NCBI GenBank assembly: GCA_963774355.1
Contig: CAVZER010000008.1
Span: 28,930-92,929, forward strand
DNA from: an uncultured Thermoleophilia bacterium
GTDB lineage: Bacteria > Actinomycetota > Thermoleophilia > Gaiellales > Gaiellaceae
DNA: 64,000 bases
Direction of reading: 5' to 3'
The position numbers and the translations under genes were made by a program. A model generated the notes under the pieces. The model was not told where the DNA came from. It ran no database searches and saw only the letters and a list, made by a program, of their open reading frames with translations. Numbering within the stretch: the first letter of the stretch is position 1; each line of letters opens with the position of its first letter. Below are positions 44,137 to 53,277 of this stretch, in pieces.

Positions 44137-45330
44137 ATGACTCGGGAGAGCGCGGTCGAACTGTTCGGCGAAGAGCAGGTGGTGCGGGCCTGGCGCTACC
44201 ACCGGCCGCTGTACGCCGCCGCGGCGACTCAGCTCGCCCTGCAACTCGTCGTGCTCGGGCTGATCGTCTTCGGCCCGCTCGGCGATTGGCTCTTCGAACC
44301 GGTGGAGGGATGGTCGTGGTGGGCGCAGGTCGTCGCATTCACCGTGCTGATCGATGCGGTGACGACAGTAGTCGCGCTGCCCATCTCGGTCTGGACGAGT
44401 TTCGTGCGGGAGCGCCGCTGGGGGTTCTCGACCCAGGATCTCGCCGGCTTCGCGGCCGACCGGGCCAAGGCATTCGCGCTCGGTGTCGTGCTGTCGGCCG
44501 CTGCCTTCGTCGGTCTCGTCGGGACCGCGCGTGCTGTTCCGCGAGTCTGGCCCCTGGTCGCTGCTGCCGGCGGTGCGACGCTGGTGCTGGCGCTGGGCTT
44601 CCTGGCGCCCCTCGTCGTCGAGCCACTCTTCAATCGCTTTCGCCCGCTCGACGACTCGCGGCTGGCATCCGAGCTCCGGGCGCTCGCCGACAGGGCGCAG
44701 ATCCCGATCAGGGAGGTGCTGGTGGCGGATGCCAGCCGACGCACCCGCAAGGCAAACGCCTACGTATCCGGGCTCGGTCGAACGCGCCGTCTGGTCCTCT
44801 ACGACACGCTGCTCGCGCAGGCGACGCCGGACGAGGTCGGGCTCGTTCTGGCACACGAGCTCGGGCATCGCCGAGCCCACCATCTCGTCAAGGCGACGCT
44901 GCTCGGCATGTTCGGCATCGCCGGCTTCGTCATCCTGCTCTGGGCACTGCTGCGTTGGCCGGAGCTGCGCACGCAGATCGGAGCGCCCGGAGGAGCCCGC
45001 GACCCTCGCGTCGTCGGGTTCGTCCTGCTGCTCGCCACGACGCTCGAGGTCGTCGGGATGCCGATCGGGGCCGCCTTGTCGCGAAGCTGGGAACGCGAGG
45101 CCGACCGCTTCTCACTCGACTTGACCAACGACCTCGCCGTGTTCGAGGCCACACACCGCTCGCTTGCAACGTCCAACCTCGCGGACCTCGACCCGCCGCG
45201 GCCGATCTATCTCGCGTTCTTCAGCCACCCGACGCCCGTCGAGCGGATCGAGGAGGCACGCCGTCGGCTCACGGATTCTCGGCGAGCGCCGCCTCCAACC
45301 GATCGAGGAATGGAACCTGCGCCGCCTTGA
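44137..45330 (+). CDS. M48-family zinc metalloprotease (Ste24/HtpX-like CAAX-prenyl-protease fold)
   Basis: ATG at 44137. Multi-TM N-terminus, NAYVSGLGRTRRLVLYDTLL, the HELGHRRAHH zinc motif and a SHPTPVERI C-terminal motif. Confidence 0.85.
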   Translation: MTRESAVELFGEEQVVRAWRYHRPLYAAAATQLALQLVVLGLIVFGPLGDWLFEPVEGWSWWAQVVAFTVLIDAVTTVVALPISVWTSFVRERRWGFSTQDLAGFAADRAKAFALGVVLSAAAFVGLVGTARAVPRVWPLVAAAGGATLVLALGFLAPLVVEPLFNRFRPLDDSRLASELRALADRAQIPIREVLVADASRRTRKANAYVSGLGRTRRLVLYDTLLAQATPDEVGLVLAHELGHRRAHHLVKATLLGMFGIAGFVILLWALLRWPELRTQIGAPGGARDPRVVGFVLLLATTLEVVGMPIGAALSRSWEREADRFSLDLTNDLAVFEATHRSLATSNLADLDPPRPIYLAFFSHPTPVERIEEARRRLTDSRRAPPPTDRGMEPAPP

Positions 45331-45754
45331 GCTTTCGGCGCGCCGCGTCGAGGTCGAACCATTCGACGCGGTCGATCTCGGGAAACGCCTGAATGACGCC
45401 GGAACGCGGCGGCCATTCCAGCTCGTACGTGTTGCTGACCGCGGTCGACGGGTCGAGATCTCCCTCGACCGCCCACGCGAACACGACCTTGCCCGACTTC
45501 TGCGTGATCTGACCGAGCGCGATCAGCAGCTGGTCGGGCACTTCCGCTCCCGTCTCCTCCGCGAACTCCCGCCGGGCCACGTCGACGAGCTCCTCACCCG
45601 GCTCCGCCTCTCCTTTCGGGACCGTCCAGTGCCCGAGATCCTTCTTGGCCCAGAACGGCCCGCCCTGATGGGCGAGGAGCACCTCGAGACGACCCTTCCG
45701 GGTGCGCCAGAGCAGGATCCCGGCGCTCGTGCGCCCCGATTTGTCGGACTTCAC
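45269..45754 (-). CDS. NUDIX hydrolase
   Basis: Nudix box GEAEPGEELVDVARREFAEETG. I chose the GTG at 45754, which lies 5 nt after GGAGG. The ORF also has a GTG at 45760. Confidence 0.85.
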   Translation of the reverse strand: MKSDKSGRTSAGILLWRTRKGRLEVLLAHQGGPFWAKKDLGHWTVPKGEAEPGEELVDVARREFAEETGAEVPDQLLIALGQITQKSGKVVFAWAVEGDLDPSTAVSNTYELEWPPRSGVIQAFPEIDRVEWFDLDAARRKLKAAQVPFLDRLEAALAENP

Positions 45755-45778
45755 ACTCACCTCCTCGCTCGTTCCCGA

Positions 45779-46363
45779 TTACACACCGCGCGCGAGGCTC
45801 ACCATCGCCTCGACCGCGTCGTCGTCGGCGAGGTGTTCTCGGCGCGTGAGTGAGCGCCATGTTTCGAACGCGATCGCGTGGCCGATCACGGCCCGCACGA
45901 GAGCTCGCCTGTGCCCGCGGGACTTCCAACCGCGATCGAGCACGTCACGGACCGTCTGCCAGTACTCGGTGAGCGGTGCGGCGACCTCCTGCAGGACGGG
46001 CGAGGTCGGTAGATCTCGGACGATGTTCCCGGTCATCCCCTCCGTCGATCGGTAGAAGCCATAGATCTCCGTGAGTGCGATTCGCAGCCGCGCTTCCGGA
46101 TCGTCGACGGCGGCCCACGAGGAAGGATCGGGTTTGGGGTTGTGGGCCGTCCAGTGCGCCGAGCAGGCCTGGAACAGGGAACGTTCGTCGGGAAAGTGCC
46201 GATAGACGGTCAGGCGTTGGACGCCGGCGCGCTCGGCAATCGCGCTGATCGTCGTCTGCGCCGGCCCGAGCGAGTCGTGGAGCTCGACGGTTGCCTCGAC
46301 GATCCGCTCGCGCGTCGCGGCGAGGCTTTCAGCCCGCTGCTTGAGCTCGTATTTCCTCGTCAT
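45779..46363 (-). CDS. TetR-family transcriptional regulator
   Basis: RERIVEATVELHDSLGPAQTTISAIAERAGVQRLTVYRHF HTH. Confidence 0.85.
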   Translation of the reverse strand: MTRKYELKQRAESLAATRERIVEATVELHDSLGPAQTTISAIAERAGVQRLTVYRHFPDERSLFQACSAHWTAHNPKPDPSSWAAVDDPEARLRIALTEIYGFYRSTEGMTGNIVRDLPTSPVLQEVAAPLTEYWQTVRDVLDRGWKSRGHRRALVRAVIGHAIAFETWRSLTRREHLADDDAVEAMVSLARGV

Positions 46364-46381
46364 CGTTCGCGCTCCGCTTTG

Positions 46382-46410
46382 TTGACGCCTCGGTCGGCGG
46401 CCTGTAGCTT
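46382..46410 (+). promoter_or_regulatory. promoter candidate for the cupin gene
   Basis: TTGACG (46382-46387), a 17-nt spacer, then TAGCTT (46405-46410). Confidence 0.5.
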
Positions 46411-46420
46411 CCTATTCTAG

Positions 46421-46436
46421 TAAACAATGCTGTTTA
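46421..46436. promoter_or_regulatory. TetR operator candidate (perfect inverted repeat TAAACA-ATGC-TGTTTA)
   Basis: A 6-4-6 palindrome just downstream of the predicted -10 box, in the TetR/cupin divergent spacer. Confidence 0.55.
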
Positions 46437-46451
46437 TCTAAAGGAGATCGC

Positions 46452-46961
46452 ATGAGCACGCAAGTCGACAGGGTCACGATTCCGGCGGACGGTAGTGAGC
46501 AGGTCGATCTGGGCGGGCTCGGCATCGTCTGGAAGATCGAAGGTGCGGAGGCCGGCGAGCGCTTCTCCGTCGTCCACCACCCGCTCGCGCCACGCGCTCT
46601 CGCGGCGCCACTGCATCGGCATACGCGGGAGGACGAATACTCGTACGTGCTCGAGGGAACGCTGGGCGCGCTGCTCGGCGACGACGTCGTCACGGCCGAG
46701 CCCGGAACGTGGGTGTTCAAGCCCCGCAACCAGTGGCACACGTTCTGGAACGCCGGAGACACACCGTGCGAGATCATCGAGATCATCTCGCCCGCGGGAT
46801 TCGAGAACTTCTTCCGCGAGCTCGCCGATGTCTACGCGACCGACGGCGGACCTGATCTCGCCCGCTTCGCCGACCTCTGCTCCCGCTACGCGCTCGAGAT
46901 GGATCCGGACAGCGTGCCGGGCCTCTGCAAGCGCTTCGGGGTCAGGCATCCGTTGGCTTGA
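46452..46961 (+). CDS. cupin-domain protein
   Basis: HRHTREDEYSYVLEG...GTWVFKPRNQWHTFWN cupin motifs. AAGGAG RBS 5 nt upstream. Confidence 0.8.
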   Translation: MSTQVDRVTIPADGSEQVDLGGLGIVWKIEGAEAGERFSVVHHPLAPRALAAPLHRHTREDEYSYVLEGTLGALLGDDVVTAEPGTWVFKPRNQWHTFWNAGDTPCEIIEIISPAGFENFFRELADVYATDGGPDLARFADLCSRYALEMDPDSVPGLCKRFGVRHPLA

Positions 46962-46990
46962 CGACCCACGATTGATCGGCACGTGATCGG

Positions 46991-47725
46991 CTATTCGGGC
47001 TTTCGACCGACGATGACCGCACGGTTGCCATAGAGGTGGAGGCAACAAGCGTGGAGACCGGCGCTTTCCAGCCATGCGAGCTGGTCCTGTAGAAGCGCCG
47101 GCCGGTCACCTGCCTGAGCCAATTCATCGACGTGCTCGGCGTACGTCTCGGGGGTCTTCGAGCCGAGCCGGCCCCAGACGACCGCCCAGTCGCGAAACAG
47201 AAGCTCATCGACCTTCACGCGATCGACGATCACGACCAAGCCCCCCGGATCGACAACCTCGGCCGCCCACGCGAATGCAGCCGCTTTGTCCGAGTCGGAC
47301 AGGTGGTGCATCGTCTGAATCGAGAACGCGACCCGGTAGCGCAGATCGGGCAAGACGATCGAATCCAGCGCAGAGAGGTCATGCTGGAGAAGAGAGACAC
47401 GTGACCCGAAGCGCTCGAGTCGCACACGCGCAAGGTCGAGCATCGCCGCAGAGAAATCGACTCCGACGAGCTGCGCATCCGGCAGCGCGTCGAGCACCGC
47501 TTCGGCAACGAGGCCCGAACCGATGCCCAGATCAAGGACGGCACCGTCACCGACCTCTGACGCTGCGACCAACGCCAGAAAAACGTCCTGCTGCTCGAGA
47601 CGTGTTGGGAGTTGCTCGCCCCCTCGAGCATCCCAGTCGGCCGCCGTATCGTGCGAATGCCACTGGTGCACCCGAACAACGATAGGCGACGCAATGAGGA
47701 GGGCGACTGCTGCCGCCCTCCTCAT
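46991..47725 (-). CDS. class I SAM-dependent methyltransferase (with an N-terminal hydrophobic segment)
   Basis: VLDLGIGSGLVAEAV motif I ...VVDPGGLVVIVD. Confidence 0.75.
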   Translation of the reverse strand: MRRAAAVALLIASPIVVRVHQWHSHDTAADWDARGGEQLPTRLEQQDVFLALVAASEVGDGAVLDLGIGSGLVAEAVLDALPDAQLVGVDFSAAMLDLARVRLERFGSRVSLLQHDLSALDSIVLPDLRYRVAFSIQTMHHLSDSDKAAAFAWAAEVVDPGGLVVIVDRVKVDELLFRDWAVVWGRLGSKTPETYAEHVDELAQAGDRPALLQDQLAWLESAGLHACCLHLYGNRAVIVGRKPE

Positions 47726-47747
47726 GCGCCGTCTCAGAACTTGGGGT

Positions 47748-48020
47748 CTAGTGCGAGGTTGCGAGTCGGTTGCGCGTGCGCGTGCCGTATGCGTAGACCA
47801 GCGCGACGAGCGTCAAGGCGACGACGACAGCTACGGCGAATCCGGCTTGGCTCCAGTTGAGGCCGCTGGGGTCGCCGGCGATCGGCACACGGCGCGCCTT
47901 GACGGGGGCGCCACCGTCGACTGCCCTCATCGCCGAGGCGCTCGATGCGAGCGCAAGCGGTGTGGCCATGGCGACGGCGGTGGTCAGCCAGCTCTTCATC
48001 CTGATCCGGTGGCGCTTCAT
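47748..48020 (-). CDS. hypothetical small secreted protein with a C-terminal TM anchor (90 aa)
   Basis: GGAGA RBS, signal peptide MKSWLTTAVAMATPLALASSASA, and a C-terminal hydrophobic helix plus a basic tail. Confidence 0.55.
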   Translation of the reverse strand: MKRHRIRMKSWLTTAVAMATPLALASSASAMRAVDGGAPVKARRVPIAGDPSGLNWSQAGFAVAVVVALTLVALVYAYGTRTRNRLATSH

Positions 48021-48122
48021 CTCTCCGTCTCCCTCGCTCGATCTCTGGGGGTTCTGCGGGTCATGCCCACAGGACGAAGGCGAGCGAAGGTCTCTTGCGC
48101 CTGTGTGCGCGCTTGACACACC

Positions 48123-48824
48123 GTGTGTCGCGCCCGTCACACTCCTCTCGCGATGCTCGGTGGCGACCTGTTCCGGGAACTGCCCGAGCCGGAGCTCCGG
48201 CGCCTGGTTGCGATCGCCGAGCGGCGCCGCTTCGCGCGCGCCGAGGTTGTGTTCCATCGTGGCGACCCGGCGGACACGCTCCACCTGATCGTCCAGGGCC
48301 GATTCGCCGCCCGCCTGGACAGCAGTCTCGGCGACAGCGTCACGGTCTCGGTCCATGGAGCGGGAGATGCGTTCGGTGAACTGGCGCTCCTCGACCTCGA
48401 GCAGCATCGGTCGACGACGGTCGCCGCACTCGAGCCGGGCGAGACCTACGCGGTGCAGCGGGAGGATTTCACGCGACTGCGGCACCAGTATCCGGCGGTG
48501 CACGAGGTGCTGGCGCGGCTGCTCGCAGCCCGTGTGCGGCGGATCAGCGAGCTGTACGCCGAGGCACTCTTCCTCGACGCGGAGACGCGCGTGTTGCGGC
48601 GCCTGCACGAGCTCAACGCGTTGTACGGACGCGGCGCGGCGGGCACGGTCATCCCGCTCTCGCAGCAGGAGATCGCCGGTCTGGCCGCGACGTCGCGGGC
48701 GACGGTGAACCGGGTGCTGCGGGCAGAGGCGGCGCGCGGGATCGTCGCGCTGCACCGCGGCCAGACGAGCATCGTCGACCCGGCGGCGCTCGCCAAGCGC
48801 GCGGGCGTGTCTGTCGCTCGTTGA
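48123..48824 (+). CDS. Crp/Fnr-family transcriptional regulator
   Basis: cNMP-binding fold (FHRGDPADTLHLIVQG...FGELALL) plus a C-terminal HTH (SQQEIAGLAATSRATVNRVL). The start is more likely the ATG at 48153 (MLGGDLFRELP). Confidence 0.85.
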   Translation: MCRARHTPLAMLGGDLFRELPEPELRRLVAIAERRRFARAEVVFHRGDPADTLHLIVQGRFAARLDSSLGDSVTVSVHGAGDAFGELALLDLEQHRSTTVAALEPGETYAVQREDFTRLRHQYPAVHEVLARLLAARVRRISELYAEALFLDAETRVLRRLHELNALYGRGAAGTVIPLSQQEIAGLAATSRATVNRVLRAEAARGIVALHRGQTSIVDPAALAKRAGVSVAR

Positions 48825-48834
48825 CGGGCGTGCC

Positions 48835-50239
48835 TCAGTCTTGCCCGTCGCCGTTGCCGCCGCCTGCTCCGCGTTTGCAGCTCTTGCGGAGCTGGTCGAT
48901 TTGCTTGCGGTGGCCCTGGATCGCCTGCGACGCGTCCAGGAGCTGGAGCAGCTCCGTCGAGCAGCCCTGAATCCTCGCGAGCGCGTAGGCGAGGTTGTAG
49001 TCGTTGTACGCTTCGCCGAGCGAGTTCGTCCCCTGGAGCTTCCGGGCCGCCTGCTCCAGGAGCGCAAGCGCGCCGGCTGTGTCGCCCGCCTGCAGCTTCT
49101 GAAATCCCCGCTGCGCGAGCTGCTGCACCGCTCGGGCTCGAGGCCGGCGGATTGGCGGTCGTCGTCTGCGCGGTCGTCGTCTGCGCCGTCACGGTCTCGC
49201 GTACCGTCGGGCCCGGTTCGGTCACCGTGACGCGCGTCGGCGCGTTCGCCTCGCGACCTCCGCCGCCGACGATCAGCGCCCCGACGGCTCCACCGGCGAG
49301 CAAGAGAAGGGCAAGGAGGCCGGCGGCGAGCGGCACCCGCCAAGAGCGTCTCGAGGAGTCGACCGAGCGCTGCTCCGGCAACGCGGCGATGCGTGTTGGC
49401 CCGGCGGCAGTGGAGTACGCGTCGTGAAGCGCGGCGACGAACTCGGCGCAGCTCGAGAATCGGTCCGACGGCGCCTTCGCCAAAGCTCGCCGGAAGACCG
49501 CGTCTGCCTCGCGAGGGATTCCGTGTCCCCGGCTCGAGACCGACGGCACCGGCGCGCCCACGTGAGCCGCAGCTTCGGCGGCCGTTGACTCCGTCTCGAA
49601 CGGGCGACTGCCGGTCAGGAGCTCGAATGCGACGACACCGAGCGCGTACCGGTCGGCCGCGGGGCCGGCCGTACGGCCCTCCGCCTGTTCAGGGGACAGG
49701 TAGCCGGCGGTGCCGAGAATCGTTCCGGTCTGCGTCAGCGAGTCGAGCCCCGCCGCGCTGGCGATGCCGAAGTCGGCAACGTAAACAGACCCCTCGTCGT
49801 CGAGCAGAATGTTTGCCGGCTTCACATCACGGTGAACGACGCCGTTCCGGTGCGCGTAATCGAGTGCGCTACCCGCCGATTCGAGCCACCCCAGCGCACG
49901 CTCCGGCGGCTGCGCACCCCCTCGTTTCAGAACATCGTCGAGCGAGCCCCCGGCGAGATACTGCATCACGATGAACGGCCGGCCGCTCGACTCGCCGACG
50001 TCGTAAATCGTCACGACGTTCGGGTCAGCCGAAAGCCGCGCCGCCGCCAGAGCCTCCCGCGTGAAGCGCTTGCGGATGTCCTCGTTCGCCGCGAAACGCT
50101 CGGAGAGGAGCTTCACCGCCACAGGCCGGCCGAGAACGCTGTCGGTCGCACGGTAGACGTCACCCATCCCACCGCGCGCGACCCTTGTCGCGTCTCCGTA
50201 CCGAGCGGGGAGGATCAGCGTCTCTTCAGCCATCAGCAC
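48835..50239 (-). pseudogene. Ser/Thr protein kinase with one TM helix and an extracytoplasmic TPR-like domain, frame broken near 49125-49145
   Basis: Hanks kinase motifs (VAVKLL, HRDVKPANILL, DFGIA, GYLSPEQ), TM helix LAAGLLALLLLAGGAVGALIV and a TAQTTTAQTTTANPPASSPS linker. The helical C-terminal domain (VQQLAQRGFQKLQAGDTAGALALLEQAARKL...) is ORF 48835-49128 in a different frame. The span is 1405 nt (3n+1). Confidence 0.8.
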
Positions 50240-50435
50240 TCAATACCCGCGGATGCGTCACTTTGAACGGGCCGTCTGTTGCCCGAAGCGAGAGGCGCGC
50301 CCCGAACCGACCCCTTCGCGTCATTGTCGCTCCGCCGGGGTCTGGCTACCGTCGTTCTCACGAGAGCAGCTCGAGATCCCAGGCCGAATGCTGCTCCCGT
50401 CTCGTGAGGGCCTGGAGATAAAGAGAGGAACGACC

Positions 50436-51076
50436 TTGAAGAAGGGAATCACGCTGATCGCGGTGCTCGTCGCTGTGCTCGCGGTCACCTCCGGCGGATA
50501 CGCCGCCGCCAACCACTATCTGATCACGTCGTCCAGCCAGATCAAGAACGGCGCCGTCTCGGCGTCCGATCTCTCGCCCGCCGCCCACAAGGCGCTGCAG
50601 GGCAAGAAGGGCGACCGCGGCGCGACAGGCCCCCAGGGGCCGAAGGGCGACACGGGCGCGACCGGTGCAACCGGTGCGACCGGCGCAACGGCGCAACCGG
50701 CGCTCAGGGTCCGCAGGGACCGGCCGGCGTGAAGGGCTACGAGGTTCGCACCTGGCGCTACTCGAAGGACGACGCCAACTCGGACATGGGTCCGGGGTAC
50801 GTCGGCGTCGGCAGCGGCGCTATCGCCACAGTCGCCTGCTCGCCCGGAAAGGTCGCGCTGGCCGGCGGCTACCGGTTCACGTCCGACCACGGCGAAGGCT
50901 TCAACTCGCCGGCGGTGTCGGACGGAAGCGGCGTCGTCGCATCCTTCCCTGGTCGCATGGACTGGGACACGAATACGGTCAAGCCGAACGACAACTCTGG
51001 CTGGATCGTGCAGGTCAACAACAAGGTGAACGCCGCAGACATGACGCTGTACGTCGTCTGCGCAAACGCCAACTAG
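50436..51076 (+). pseudogene. secreted protein with a short collagen-like G-X-Y tract and a C-terminal Cys-containing domain, frame broken near 50685-50692
   Basis: TTG at 50436 after AGAGAGG. Signal peptide, then GKKGDRGATGPQGPKGDTGATGATGATG. It continues in another frame as (GATGAQGPQGPAG)VKGYEVRTW...CSPGKVALAGGY...YVVCANAN. The span is 641 nt (3n-1). Paralogue at 57195-57776. Confidence 0.7.
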
Positions 51077-51101
51077 CGCAGCCACCCGATCCACCCGAAC
51101 G

Positions 51102-51128
51102 CGAAGGGCGCCATTACGGCGCCCTTCG
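51102..51128. terminator. bidirectional terminator hairpin
   Basis: Perfect 11-bp stem CGAAGGGCGCC / GGCGCCCTTCG with a 5-nt loop in a convergent spacer, followed by GCGTTTCGG. Confidence 0.65.
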
Positions 51129-51165
51129 GCGTTTCGGCGACACGTGACAGAGGACCCGGAAGTCC

Positions 51166-52074
51166 TTATGCCGCGTCCGCGGCGGTGAAGAAGTCGATAA
51201 GCAGGTCGTTGACGCGATCGGCCTCGTCGTGATGGACCCAGTGCGACGCGTCGGCCAGACGTTCCACGCGGTCGAGGTTGGGTACGTCGTTGTGGTCGGG
51301 CTCGGCGAGTTCGGACCCGAGGTACGAATCGCGCTCCCCCCAGATGACCAGTGTCCGCGCCGAGATCGGGCGAAGCTTCGCTGCCGCCTCCTTCTGGGAC
51401 TGTCTTACCGATGCGCGGTAGTAGTTGATCATCCCGCTGGCTGCCCCTGGCTGCGACCATGCCTCGACGTAGCGTTCGATTTCCGACGGCGTGTAAGGCG
51501 GGTTCGCGTCAGCCAGGAAGTGCCGGAAGAAGTGCCAGTCTCTGGCGTGCACCACGTCCTCGGGCAGTCCCGGTGTCGCAAAGAAGAAGAAGTACCACGA
51601 CTTCCGGAGCTGGCTCGGGTGCTTCAGTCCCTCCGAGAGCCTCCGCGGATGGGCCGCGTTGAGGATGGCGAGCCGGTCGACCACCTCGGGGTGGTTCATC
51701 GCGGTCGTCCAGGCGATGCTTCCGCCCCAGTCGTGACCGACCAACAGCGCGGACTCGGCACCGAGCTCTCGAATGAGGCCGCGGATGTCGGCGGCGAGCA
51801 GGTCGACGGAGTAGGCCTCGAAGCCGTCTGGCTTCGATGACAGGTTGTAGCCACGCGTGTCCGGGGCGACTACCCGAAAACCCGCCGCAACGAGCGGCTC
51901 GATCTGTAGGCGCCAACCGAACCAGAACTCCGGGAAGCCGTGCAGCAGAACGATCAGCGGCCCGTCACCGGCCTCGACGTAATGCAAGGTCTGATCGCCC
52001 ACCTCGGCGTAACCCTCCCGAAGCTGAATCCCGACGTCCGGGAGCAAGCTGGTGGTGGTCATGATGACCTCCAA
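51166..52074 (-). CDS. alpha/beta hydrolase (epoxide hydrolase / haloalkane dehalogenase-like)
   Basis: LLHGFPEFWFGWR...GHDWGGSIAW...SHWVHHDEADRV. Start may be the ATG at 52062. Confidence 0.85.
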   Translation of the reverse strand: MEVIMTTTSLLPDVGIQLREGYAEVGDQTLHYVEAGDGPLIVLLHGFPEFWFGWRLQIEPLVAAGFRVVAPDTRGYNLSSKPDGFEAYSVDLLAADIRGLIRELGAESALLVGHDWGGSIAWTTAMNHPEVVDRLAILNAAHPRRLSEGLKHPSQLRKSWYFFFFATPGLPEDVVHARDWHFFRHFLADANPPYTPSEIERYVEAWSQPGAASGMINYYRASVRQSQKEAAAKLRPISARTLVIWGERDSYLGSELAEPDHNDVPNLDRVERLADASHWVHHDEADRVNDLLIDFFTAADAA

Positions 52075-52166
52075 GGGTAGGGAACTCGCGTGCCACCCTA
52101 CGCCCGCCGGTCTGCAGAAGCAACAACGCTTGAAACCGAGATGTTCCTAGCCCGAAACAAACAGGG

Positions 52167-53267
52167 TCACGCCGGTACTGCAGCCGATTCGCGGTGCCCA
52201 AGATGGGCGTTGGGCATGGTGCGCCACAGTCCCCAGCCGAGCGGGACGAGGGCCCAGGCGCTGATGATTCGGTAGAGGACCACCGCCGCGATCACCGCGG
52301 CGCCCGTGCCGCCTGCCACAACGAGCCCGGCGCTCATGGTCGCTTCGATCGTGCCGCCGCCGCCCGGAAGAATCGGGATCGCGGAGACGAGTTGGCCGAG
52401 CGTGTAGGCGACGACCACTCCCCGGACCGGGATCGTCTGGCCCATTGCTGCGAGGGCCGCGAAAAGAGCCGCAGCGTCGAACAGCCAGTTGAGAAAACCG
52501 AGCACGAGCAACAACACGAGGTGGTTGGCGGCGACCGGCTGCTCGGGCGGGGCGTCGGGCCCACTCAGATGTCCGGCCGCCCAAAGCGCGACGGGCACAA
52601 ACCGGCGGCGACCGAGGACGGCTGCGATCACGATGGCTGCCGCGACCGCGAGCACCGGATACCGCGCTTGCGATCCGAACCCGTGACCGCCGACGGCGAG
52701 ACCACATGCCGAGAGCAGCACGAGCGTCACGATGCCTACCAGGCTCGAGACCAGCAGCGCGAATGCCGCGACCGAACGCTTCACCGAGTACCGCCTCAGT
52801 TGCTCGTACCAGTAGACCGTAGAGATCGCCAGCCCGCCCGGTATGGAGTTGATCATCGCGATACCGATCACCGTGAGCGAGAAGAGAGCCCGAAACGGAA
52901 CCGTCACCGCGCCGAGCTGCAGAAGCACCCGGACCAGCGCCGCATAGCAGACCAGCGATGCAAGCTCGGCCGCAACGGCCACGGAGACCCAGCCCGGTTG
53001 CGCGCCCCCCAGCCTCGAGAGTGAATGTTCGATCGAGCCGCGGCGAGCTACGACCAGGTAGACGGCGAAGCCGAGCACGGCCGCCGTTCCTACGATCCTC
53101 AACTCACGCAACGGCAGTTTCGCCCAGAACGCATAGAGAGTGCGATCGAGCCGATGCAGCCCGTACAGCGCTCGCTCGCGGGCTCGTAGCTCGCGCACGC
53201 TCGCGGGGCAATCCCGTAACCGTGGCCTCGTTGCGCCGGACACCGGAGTTGCTTCCGCCGAGCGCAC
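52167..53267 (-). CDS. lysylphosphatidylglycerol-synthase-TM-region (UPF0104, flippase-like) membrane protein
   Basis: 366-aa multi-TM ORF. GTG 10 nt after the ABC gene stop. IPGGLAISTVYWYEQLRR and ILPGGGGTIE segments are typical of the family. Confidence 0.65.
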   Translation of the reverse strand: MRSAEATPVSGATRPRLRDCPASVRELRARERALYGLHRLDRTLYAFWAKLPLRELRIVGTAAVLGFAVYLVVARRGSIEHSLSRLGGAQPGWVSVAVAAELASLVCYAALVRVLLQLGAVTVPFRALFSLTVIGIAMINSIPGGLAISTVYWYEQLRRYSVKRSVAAFALLVSSLVGIVTLVLLSACGLAVGGHGFGSQARYPVLAVAAAIVIAAVLGRRRFVPVALWAAGHLSGPDAPPEQPVAANHLVLLLVLGFLNWLFDAAALFAALAAMGQTIPVRGVVVAYTLGQLVSAIPILPGGGGTIEATMSAGLVVAGGTGAAVIAAVVLYRIISAWALVPLGWGLWRTMPNAHLGHRESAAVPA

Positions 53268-53277
53268 GATCGCCGAG

